Part shown: one piece after another, positions 8,186-16,228 of the stretch | Layout of the letters: each line of letters begins with the position of its first letter | Position numbering within the stretch: position 1 is the first letter of the stretch | DNA from: Clostridia bacterium | Lineage (GTDB): Bacteria > Bacillota > Clostridia > Christensenellales > Borkfalkiaceae | Length of the DNA stretch: 28,102 bases | Reading direction: 5' to 3' | Assembly (NCBI GenBank): GCA_034184645.1 | Contig: JAXFZW010000064.1 | Span: 1 to 28,102, forward strand | Notes under the pieces: generated by a model | Database searches by the model: none | What the model was told of the DNA's origin: nothing | The model's input: the letters and a program-made list of their open reading frames with translations, nothing else | Translations under genes and position numbers: made by a program

Positions 8186-9016
8186 CTAATCGACGTTGTC
8201 CGTTTCGGGGATGGAGTCGAGTTCTTTTTCGTCGGCGTGTGAAGTTATTGCGTCTGGGCTGTTGGATTTGTGCGCCGAGCGGTATTTGAGCGGGGACATC
8301 CCGTAAGTTTTGTGAAACAGCGAAATAAGTCTTGAAGTAGAACCGAAGCCGCACGAGTAGGCGAGTTCGGTTATCGACTTATCCGTCTCCTGTAAAAGTT
8401 TTTTGACGTGAGTCAAACGCTTATTTAAGATATACCTTTTAGGCGACACACCCATCTTTTCCTTAAAAATGTGGCGGAAACGATGGTAGGAGTAGTTAGC
8501 CATCTGAGAAAGTTGTTCGATTGAAATTTCCGTAAGAAAATACTGATCGATATATTTTAAAACCTGATTAACGCAATCGTCTTTAACCGCATCCGGACTT
8601 GCGTGAAGAACAAGCCTTCCGATTTCGACCAAAATTTGGGCGATAAGCGTATTGCAGAAAAAGTCGTAGTAAACCTGTTTTTCGCGCATTTCCGAAACAA
8701 GGCTGTTTATGAGTTTTTGAACACGCTTGTTTTTATCGCGGTAAACTCCGCTTTTCAGCGGAAACTCTACGTTGTCGTACGAAAAGCCTATACAAATAAC
8801 GTCAGACCTTTCCTTGGTTAAATCGTTATGTTGAGAGCCCGGCTCGATAATTACCATATCGTTGGCGCGGTAAGGGTATCTCGTTCCGTTTATAAGCGTG
8901 ACGCCTTCGCCGCTGTTGTAGTAAACGAGCTCGAAACAGGTGTGTGAATGGAACGGCACTTTTTGGTTTTCGCCGTTCGTCTTTTTTAGCAAATATTCAT
9001 AAAGACAGTTAAACAT
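8186..9016 (-). CDS. AraC/XylS-family transcriptional regulator with N-terminal cupin sensor
   Basis: PFHSHTCFELVY cupin. C-terminal double HTH: YHRFRHIFKEKMGVSP...LAYSCGFGSTSRLISLFHKTYGMSPLKYR. Confidence 0.93.
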   Translation of the reverse strand: MFNCLYEYLLKKTNGENQKVPFHSHTCFELVYYNSGEGVTLINGTRYPYRANDMVIIEPGSQHNDLTKERSDVICIGFSYDNVEFPLKSGVYRDKNKRVQKLINSLVSEMREKQVYYDFFCNTLIAQILVEIGRLVLHASPDAVKDDCVNQVLKYIDQYFLTEISIEQLSQMANYSYHRFRHIFKEKMGVSPKRYILNKRLTHVKKLLQETDKSITELAYSCGFGSTSRLISLFHKTYGMSPLKYRSAHKSNSPDAITSHADEKELDSIPETDNVD

Positions 9017-9159
9017 AATCCCCCGATGATGTTTTGACTTGCGGTTTTTGGCTGAAAAATCGACAAAACAAACGCCTTTTTATTAAAATAATGCGGTAAA
9101 ACCGTAAAAAATATTCTTTTTTATATATTTATTTTACGCAAAAACCGTCATTATATAAA

Positions 9160-9188
9160 ATAATACTCTAACAGTAGCCAAATGTCAA
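9160..9188 (-). promoter_or_regulatory. sigma-A-type promoter of the araC-family gene
   Basis: Minus strand: TTGACA (9188-9183), 17 nt, TATTAT (9165-9160). Confidence 0.7.
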
Positions 9189-9329
9189 CACTTATTTTAA
9201 AGTTTGGAAATTTGGCTGATTTGCTAAAAAATCAAAAACGATTTTTAAGTTTTACGAAACTCGGTTAAATGAATAAAAAACCCCTTTTAACACCGACAAA
9301 TAAAACTATTTAGCCATTACGGTATATTT

Positions 9330-9358
9330 TTACCATATTATATATTGTATCATAAAAT
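9330..9358 (+). promoter_or_regulatory. candidate weak, possibly activator-dependent promoter of the ABC operon
   Basis: TTACCA, 17 nt, TAAAAT. The region is AT-rich and alternative -10 boxes exist. Confidence 0.35.
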
Positions 9359-9422
9359 TGTATAGAAATCTGCGGAGAACATCTTCCGCTTTTCGGATAT
9401 AGTGATAAAGGAGGATGAACTG

Positions 9423-11105
9423 ATGAAAAACTTTTTGGTAAAGTTTGCAACTAAAAGAGTTATTGCTATTTTAGTTACGGTCGTTTTAGTTATAACTTTG
9501 CTCGCGCTCAGCGGTTTTTCAAAGGGGAAAACGGTAGACGGCAGCAGCGTTTACAGTGAAGAAGGTAAAAAGGCGATGGAGGAAAAGGACGAAAGTCAGT
9601 ATTCTTCGGACTACGTAACGCTCCGTGTTGATCTTCACGGTTGGACGCCTACCACCACGACTTCGTCTTCTACGGGCGTATCGTCGTACAACTCGCCTAA
9701 GATAATTGCGAACCAATTTGAAGCCGAAATGCGTTCAAGGCTTGCCGAAGAAAGGGGTATGGACGAAAACGACGTCGGTTACCCTGTAAGGATAGAGTGG
9801 GTAAGGGATAAAAAAATAAGCGTCAGCAACGAACAGATGAGTGAGTACTTCCAGTTGCAGCTTACCCGTAAAACAACGCCGACCATTGCGTTTACCTGGG
9901 GTACTAACTTCCAGGACGCAGGCTGGTACGTTGACCTTACCGAATTCCTTAACGAAAAGAATACGTACGAAACGGACGCAACTTTAAAGAATAACGAACA
10001 TTGGAAAGATTCGTTTGAAGATTATTTATGGCAACTCGACAGTATCCGTCAGCTTGACGGTAAAATCGCAGCCGTTCCGATTACGCTTTTCGACGGCACG
10101 GCGTCTGCAATCGTATATAACAGCGACGCGATTTATAATAACAGTTCGATAAGAAGCTTGCTTGACGGCAACAGGTATCTAGGCGTATCAAAGCAACTTG
10201 ACTTTGCGGACTGGATGAAAATAGTCAATGCGGCGTCGGGAAATGCCGCAACCAAAATAATCGATACCGAAAACTACCCGTATGCTGCGGACTCCTGGTT
10301 GTTCCAGTTTGAATTAGGCCCTGCGTACATGAGTTATTTTGAAGATCATTTTTACGGCGGCAGGCATATAAGCGGTGAGGAACTTTTAAGGGCGATAATT
10401 AAGGACGAACTTAATCCGGTTAAGCAGGCTTACGTAAGGGAACTTTTAGGAAACGTCAAAGCGTATATGAGTTATCTTAACGATAGTTCGACTGAAACTA
10501 CGACTTGGGATAACGGTACGGCTTACGCAAAGGTTGTAGGTTCTTGGGCGTATACGAACGAAAAAACTTCTAACCCGATAGGCAGTAAGTTTAACTGGGA
10601 AATGGTTCCGAGTACGGTTATCGACGAAACGAGCGCTTATACGAGAGATTTCGTTTCATGGGAAAAGGGTATCGCTTCCGCACGGCCGGCAGCCGACCTT
10701 TACCTTAATATAATGAAAGCGGGCGTCACCAACGACGGAACGCTTACCGGGACTATAAACGAAACAAAACTTCGTTATGCGGTAGAATTCTTAAAATACC
10801 TTACGACAAAGGCTAACAACTCGACGATGATTACCGAAATGAACACGAGTTTAGGCGCAGTCAAGGGCGCTACGATGCCTTCCTGGATTAACACAAGTAA
10901 GTTTAAGGATTGCTACTTTGCCAAAACGACTACGGTCAGGGGTTGGCCTAACGGATTTACCACTTCCGCAAGAGGACAGATGTCCGCACTCATTTCCAAA
11001 TGGGTAAAAGGGCAGATAGGCGACAGCGACTTCTATTCGGGATGGGATCGCTGGCAAAAAATAGGCGCAAGGGCGATGGCAAAATCGCTGAACATTACGC
11101 TTTAA
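9423..11105 (+). CDS. CUT1-type ABC transporter extracellular solute-binding protein
   Basis: Heads an operon with two CUT1 permeases. It has an N-terminal hydrophobic anchor and SBP-like segments (GWYVDLTEFLNEKNTY, DGKIAAVP, VEFLKYLTT). SD GGAGG at 9410-9414 supports ATG 9423. Confidence 0.75.
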   Translation: MKNFLVKFATKRVIAILVTVVLVITLLALSGFSKGKTVDGSSVYSEEGKKAMEEKDESQYSSDYVTLRVDLHGWTPTTTTSSSTGVSSYNSPKIIANQFEAEMRSRLAEERGMDENDVGYPVRIEWVRDKKISVSNEQMSEYFQLQLTRKTTPTIAFTWGTNFQDAGWYVDLTEFLNEKNTYETDATLKNNEHWKDSFEDYLWQLDSIRQLDGKIAAVPITLFDGTASAIVYNSDAIYNNSSIRSLLDGNRYLGVSKQLDFADWMKIVNAASGNAATKIIDTENYPYAADSWLFQFELGPAYMSYFEDHFYGGRHISGEELLRAIIKDELNPVKQAYVRELLGNVKAYMSYLNDSSTETTTWDNGTAYAKVVGSWAYTNEKTSNPIGSKFNWEMVPSTVIDETSAYTRDFVSWEKGIASARPAADLYLNIMKAGVTNDGTLTGTINETKLRYAVEFLKYLTTKANNSTMITEMNTSLGAVKGATMPSWINTSKFKDCYFAKTTTVRGWPNGFTTSARGQMSALISKWVKGQIGDSDFYSGWDRWQKIGARAMAKSLNITL

Positions 11106-11176
11106 CGGTAATTAGCGAAATATGAGTTTTGCTCAAAGGCTAAACAATATATAATATATAAATCGGGAAAAGAAAG

Positions 11177-11638
11177 ATGGAAGAGAAAAAGAAAAAATCA
11201 ATTTTAACGCTGATTATCGTTGACGCGATTTTGTTGTTGCTCGTATTGATGTATATATTCGATATGATTCGTGCGTCAACGTTCAGCTTACAACTGGGAT
11301 ATTCGGAAGGAGATCATACTTTTACGGAATGGCTCGCCGACGGAAACCCGGGCGAAATTTACGTGCAACTTAAAGACGGTTCGGGAAAGCCTGTCGTAGG
11401 ACACTCGGTTTACGCACTCGTTGAAGCGGGCGACGGACAGTTTGAATCGAACAGGGCGATAACGGATGAAGAAGGTAAACTTACTTTTGTTTTCACCGTT
11501 CCTGAAAAGAAACAGGCTATTTGGGAGTATACCGCGCAAAAGTCAGAAATAAGAATTTACGACGAAGATAACTCGGTTTTCTTCCTTGTGCCGAAAACCA
11601 GACATCTTACGATAAGTTACAAGCCGATAGCGGACTAA
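11177..11638 (+). CDS. single-pass membrane protein with a bacterial Ig-like (Big_1-like) extracellular domain
   Basis: Basic N-terminus plus a TM helix. IYVQLKDGSGKPVVG...AITDEEGKLTFVFTVP resembles the Big_1 pattern (V.D..G.P...TD..G.A.F). Confidence 0.6.
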   Translation: MEEKKKKSILTLIIVDAILLLLVLMYIFDMIRASTFSLQLGYSEGDHTFTEWLADGNPGEIYVQLKDGSGKPVVGHSVYALVEAGDGQFESNRAITDEEGKLTFVFTVPEKKQAIWEYTAQKSEIRIYDEDNSVFFLVPKTRHLTISYKPIAD

Positions 11639-11654
11639 GGGAGAGGGGAATAGG

Positions 11655-12746
11655 ATGGATCAGGAAAGAAAAGATTTCGAGAACGTTTCCGTGACGGAAG
11701 GCGGACAAGAAATCGCAGCAAATGATTTTGATTCTCTTACGGCCGAACAACCTGCCGTAATTGAAAACGATTTTGGATATACGCCCAAACTTACGGCGGA
11801 ACAAATCGTAAAGTCGGGAAAAGTTAATATTTTCCGTGAAATGTGGAAGAACAAGTTAGCGTATTTGTTTTTGCTTCCGCTTATGATCGGCGTCGTAGTA
11901 TTTTGTTACTATCCGCCGCTTATGGCTATTTACAGGTCATTTACCGACTGGGGCATGAATCCTACCGATTCGACGATACATTGGGTAGGTTTCCAAAACT
12001 ACGCAACATTGTTTCAGGATCAAACCTTTTTAGGTTCTATCGGAAACATGTTCTATATGCAAATACCTAAACTTATTATAGGTATATTTGCACCGCTTAT
12101 TATGGCGGAATTACTTTACTGGGTAAAGAACAAAAGGCTTTCGAGTTTATACAGAATTTTGGTTCTTCTTCCCATAATCACCCCCGGTGTCGTAAACGTA
12201 CTTATCTGGACGTACGTTTTCCAGTCTAACGGTCTATTAAACGCGGTACTTTCTATTTTCTGTATCGAGTCTAACGTTTCCTGGCTGAACGAAGCGCCGC
12301 TGGCAATACCCGCGATAATCTTTATGGGTTTCCCGTGGATCGGCGGTACCAGCGTACTTATTTACGTGTCGGGACTTATGAATATTCCTAACGAAATTAT
12401 CGAGGCTGCGCGTCTTGACGGCGCAAAGACCATGAAGATAATTTGGAAACTTCACATTCCGTCCATTATGGGGCAAATACGATACTTCCTTGTATTCGGT
12501 ATTATAGGTGCTTTCCAGGATTACGGAATACAAGTCGTCTTCTCGAGCGGGTCGTCCGTTCAGGCGGATATACTTAACGAAGTTTTGATGGTTCCGGGTT
12601 TTTACATGTACCAAAAAGCGTTTACGCTTTCGCCGACGCAGCCGGCTTTCGCTTGCGCCATAGGTACCGTAATCTTTTTAACCGTTATCATAATAACGAT
12701 TATTACCTTCAAAGCGTTTAACGCGGCGAAGTTCAATCTGGACTAA
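11655..12746 (+). CDS. carbohydrate ABC transporter permease (MalF/UgpA-like)
   Basis: WVGFQNY, six TM segments and the EAA loop IPNEIIEAARLDGA. It has an acidic ~60-aa N-terminal extension. Confidence 0.93.
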   Translation: MDQERKDFENVSVTEGGQEIAANDFDSLTAEQPAVIENDFGYTPKLTAEQIVKSGKVNIFREMWKNKLAYLFLLPLMIGVVVFCYYPPLMAIYRSFTDWGMNPTDSTIHWVGFQNYATLFQDQTFLGSIGNMFYMQIPKLIIGIFAPLIMAELLYWVKNKRLSSLYRILVLLPIITPGVVNVLIWTYVFQSNGLLNAVLSIFCIESNVSWLNEAPLAIPAIIFMGFPWIGGTSVLIYVSGLMNIPNEIIEAARLDGAKTMKIIWKLHIPSIMGQIRYFLVFGIIGAFQDYGIQVVFSSGSSVQADILNEVLMVPGFYMYQKAFTLSPTQPAFACAIGTVIFLTVIIITIITFKAFNAAKFNLD

Positions 12747-12760
12747 CGGGGGAAAGAGAT

Positions 12761-13624
12761 ATGGCAAAAATGGTGAACGGCATAACTGCCGACAAAAAGA
12801 AATTCAGCGTAGGACAGCTTATATTAAACATTATTATAATCGCCTTGCTGGCAATAATGCTTTATCCGCTTTTAATGGCAATCTGGAACGCACTTAAAAT
12901 CGAACGTGTGTTTGAAGATACCAAGTGGTACCCCGTACTTCCGCTTGCGCTTACAAACCTTTGGGAAGTTTGGGACGTTTTGAAAGAGTATATTTTATAT
13001 ACCGTTTTGGTAGGACTTATCGGCGGCGGCGGACTCGTGTTTATCGCATCGCTTTCCGCATATACCTTCTCAAAAATGCGCTTCCCCGGAAGAAAGTTCC
13101 TTTACTCGATGGTAATCGGACTTATGATGATGCCGGGTATCATAACGCTTATACCGCAGGTTGAAATTTACACGTCATTCGGACTTACGGGCGGTAAAAC
13201 GGAAACGCTGATGGCACTTATACTTCCGCTTTGGACGTCAGGACCTATATTCGGCGTATTCTTACTGTCTTCGTTCTTTGCGGGCATACCAAACGATATA
13301 TTCGAGTCGGCGCGTATCGACGGTGCGAACGAATTTATCTGTTATTTAAGAATTGCGCTTCCGCTTTGTATGCCGATTATGGGTACGCTTGCGATAATGA
13401 CGCTCGTCAACATTTGGAACGATTATTTGTGGCCGATGACGGTTATGAAGGAAAAAGTAACCATAGCGGCGGCACTTATTAAAAAGTTTACTTCGCAGTA
13501 TTCTACAAACCAGACGTTGCAATTTGCAGGATACCTTGTTGCGTCGTCGCCGATCATACTTCTCTTTATAGTTGCTAACAAGTACTATATCGAAGGTCTT
13601 ATCGGAAGCTCGATTAAACTTTAA
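12761..13624 (+). CDS. carbohydrate ABC transporter permease (MalG/UgpE-like)
   Basis: AYTFSKMRFPGR, EAA loop IPNDIFESARIDGANE, and WNDYLWP. Confidence 0.94.
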   Translation: MAKMVNGITADKKKFSVGQLILNIIIIALLAIMLYPLLMAIWNALKIERVFEDTKWYPVLPLALTNLWEVWDVLKEYILYTVLVGLIGGGGLVFIASLSAYTFSKMRFPGRKFLYSMVIGLMMMPGIITLIPQVEIYTSFGLTGGKTETLMALILPLWTSGPIFGVFLLSSFFAGIPNDIFESARIDGANEFICYLRIALPLCMPIMGTLAIMTLVNIWNDYLWPMTVMKEKVTIAAALIKKFTSQYSTNQTLQFAGYLVASSPIILLFIVANKYYIEGLIGSSIKL

Positions 13625-13665
13625 TACACGTTTTGAAAGAAGGATTTTAATAAAAACAAAAAATT

Positions 13666-14586
13666 ATGGATTTAAGGAAAAGGAAAATCATTATCGATAC
13701 CGACGTAGGCGACGACTTTGACGACGCATTTGCCCTTGCGCTTGCGGCGAACTCTCCCGAATTCGATATTTTAGGGGTTGTAACCGTATTTAAGGACGTG
13801 ACTACACGTTGCAAGGAAGCCCGCGCTATTTTGGACGCCGCCGGAAGACCTGACATAAAAGTTTATAAAGGTAGTTCAATGCCGATCAAACAGACGGAAA
13901 TGTTAAAAAAACCGATTAAGTTTGACGATAAACTTTGGTCTTACGTTGACGATTGCGAAAAATACGCGGACGACTTTGAAAACGGCGAGCAGTTTTATAT
14001 TAAAACGCTTGAAAACGCAAAAGAGCCCGTTACGATAATCACTTTGGGTGCCATGACTAACGTCGGAAAGGTGCTTAAAGCCCGTCCTGATTTAGCCGAT
14101 AAAATAGACGAAATGGTGATTATGGGCGGTGCTTACGACTACAATTACTCGGAATACAATTTCCTTTGCGACCCCGAGGCCGCAGACATCGTTATGTCGG
14201 ACGCACGCATAAGAAAAACGCTCGTAGGGCTTGACGTTACGTTTGATTGTCATCTCGACGCGAAAGATCTTAAACGACTTAAAGAGTACGGTACTCCGCT
14301 TACCGACATGCTGACCAAAGTACTCAACGGCAAAAACGATATGATTTATCTTCACGATCCGCTTGCGGTTTACTGTGCGATAGATAAAAGCAAAGTTACC
14401 TTTAAGGAAGATTCCTTCAAGGTTGAAACCGAAGGCGAATACACAAGGGGTTATGCGGTAAGGCTTACCAACTGGAACTGGCAAATGCCGGTAAACACGA
14501 CGAATTCCGAATACGGTTGCGCCGTGGATGCGGAAGGCTTTATAAAGGAATACATTAAACGCGTATTTCCCGAAAAACAAAACTGA
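13666..14586 (+). CDS. inosine/uridine-preferring nucleoside hydrolase family protein
   Basis: Ca-binding DTDVGDDFDD, LGAMTN, IMGG, EYNFLCDPEAA, GLDVT and the catalytic LHDPLAV. Confidence 0.92.
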   Translation: MDLRKRKIIIDTDVGDDFDDAFALALAANSPEFDILGVVTVFKDVTTRCKEARAILDAAGRPDIKVYKGSSMPIKQTEMLKKPIKFDDKLWSYVDDCEKYADDFENGEQFYIKTLENAKEPVTIITLGAMTNVGKVLKARPDLADKIDEMVIMGGAYDYNYSEYNFLCDPEAADIVMSDARIRKTLVGLDVTFDCHLDAKDLKRLKEYGTPLTDMLTKVLNGKNDMIYLHDPLAVYCAIDKSKVTFKEDSFKVETEGEYTRGYAVRLTNWNWQMPVNTTNSEYGCAVDAEGFIKEYIKRVFPEKQN

Positions 14587-14609
14587 AACAGACTATCAGG
14601 GGGACGAAT

Positions 14610-16199
14610 ATGAAAACTCTGTTTAAGAAAATTTTACCGATATTTTTAGCGGCTGCGATGGGATTATCCGTTTTCGCTTTTACCGGTTGTACGAAGGTGC
14701 TTTACGGTAATATGCCGCAAGCAAGTACGGAAAGCGAAGACGATAAAGACGACGGAGTCAAGGACGAAAAGACGATTTCGACTCCTTCTACTTACGTCGA
14801 CCTTACGAACGATAATACTCAGTACGTTGTATTTATGCTTACCAACACGACGTATCAGCAGGACGAATCCTTCCTTTTTGAAATGCAAAGGTTACACGGT
14901 GAAAACGATCCCAAATCCGAGCGTATGTACGCTTTCGGAACGACAGGACCTTACATTCTTAATCACAGCATCGAAACCATGCGTGAAAACGTAAACACGG
15001 TGTTCCAGGCTGCGGAAAGGTATAATATTCCCGTTTACTTTCAAATGGACGACTGCAAACAGTTTTTTACTACCACCCCGAACAACATAAATAAGTACGG
15101 TGATGAAGAAAACTGCGTTCACGTAGGCAAAACGACGGGGGTTTCGTATAATCACTTCTACGAAGATCCCGATATGTGCGAATGGATTGCATTACCTTCG
15201 GGCAGCGAAACTTGGGGCGGTCAGTCGAACGGCGAACTTCCCAAGTGGATGATGGACTGGGGTTCACCTTATGCCAGAGTTTTAGGCGGTTTCCCGTGCT
15301 TTAACTCGGAAAGTTATTTAGAGTGGTATGACAATCAGATTAAGGAAGGTTTTATCAAACCGCTTCTTGAAAACCTTATCAGATTGCAAAAAGAAGGTAA
15401 AGATTACTTGTTCGCCGGCGTTTGTACGGGTTGGGAAACTATGCTTCCCGATTACAGCAGCGACGCAATCGTTTGTAAGGGCAGCGCGTACAGCGGTGTG
15501 AAATCGTGGGAAAGGACGCAGTACGGCATGCACGCCATCTACAATATTAAAGACGATTACGGCAACAGACTTTACGATACCGACGCTAAACTTGCGGCGG
15601 GCGCTCAGGCACACGGGCTTTCGCTTACGGCGTTCAAGCGTTATCTTTTATTCCAGGTAATTCACGATTATATCGAACATACCTGCAAACTTTTCTACGA
15701 TGCGGGCATCAGCAGATATAAAATTTACAGCCATACGATCGCTTACACTTCGGGTAACGGCGGTGACGAATTCGCTAACGGCAACGCAACTTACAACGCA
15801 AGCCTTTGCGATACGTTCGCACTTCCTTCGTGGGTTGCAATCAACGACTACTGCATCCCGGGTTGGTCTATCGCAAGCACTATTCCTTACGATACGAACG
15901 TAATACTTAAAAACGTAGCGAAATATGCACCCGGGCTTAATGCTTACGCAAGCGTTGAAGCGTATGCAAACGACGGCGGCGGAAACGAAGCGAATTGCAG
16001 GGCGTATATGGAAAGGTTGCTCGGCGGCAACTCCAAACTCCTTCCGATATTCGGTTATGAGCAGGATACCAAGGCGACTTCGACGCTCGGCTATTCAAGG
16101 GACGGGGATTATTTCTTCACGAAACTTATAAGGCAGTGGAGAGAAGGTACTTTCCTTTCGGGATATTCTTTCGCTAATAGACCTGCGCTTACTTACTGA
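14610..16199 (+). CDS. lipoprotein of an uncharacterised family, possibly a (beta/alpha)8 glycoside-hydrolase-like protein
   Basis: Lipobox FAFTG-C27 and an acidic linker. The alternating beta/alpha pattern includes IPVYFQMDD, FAGVCTGWET, YSHT and SVEAY. The CDS call is secure; the function is inferred. Confidence 0.55.
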   Translation: MKTLFKKILPIFLAAAMGLSVFAFTGCTKVLYGNMPQASTESEDDKDDGVKDEKTISTPSTYVDLTNDNTQYVVFMLTNTTYQQDESFLFEMQRLHGENDPKSERMYAFGTTGPYILNHSIETMRENVNTVFQAAERYNIPVYFQMDDCKQFFTTTPNNINKYGDEENCVHVGKTTGVSYNHFYEDPDMCEWIALPSGSETWGGQSNGELPKWMMDWGSPYARVLGGFPCFNSESYLEWYDNQIKEGFIKPLLENLIRLQKEGKDYLFAGVCTGWETMLPDYSSDAIVCKGSAYSGVKSWERTQYGMHAIYNIKDDYGNRLYDTDAKLAAGAQAHGLSLTAFKRYLLFQVIHDYIEHTCKLFYDAGISRYKIYSHTIAYTSGNGGDEFANGNATYNASLCDTFALPSWVAINDYCIPGWSIASTIPYDTNVILKNVAKYAPGLNAYASVEAYANDGGGNEANCRAYMERLLGGNSKLLPIFGYEQDTKATSTLGYSRDGDYFFTKLIRQWREGTFLSGYSFANRPALTY

Positions 16200-16228
16200 T
16201 AAACCTTACCGCATTGCGGCGGGGGGAT

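Noticed and set aside
11127-11155. Internal promoter before the Ig-like gene
   Set aside because: TATAAT is present at 11150-11155 in an AT run, but there is no -35 at 16-18 nt spacing and no extended -10.
2671-14586. dut, yjjG and the nucleoside hydrolase as one pyrimidine-salvage cluster
   Set aside because: They are in separate transcription units on opposite strands, separated by the tRNA, cls and araC. The proximity may be coincidental.
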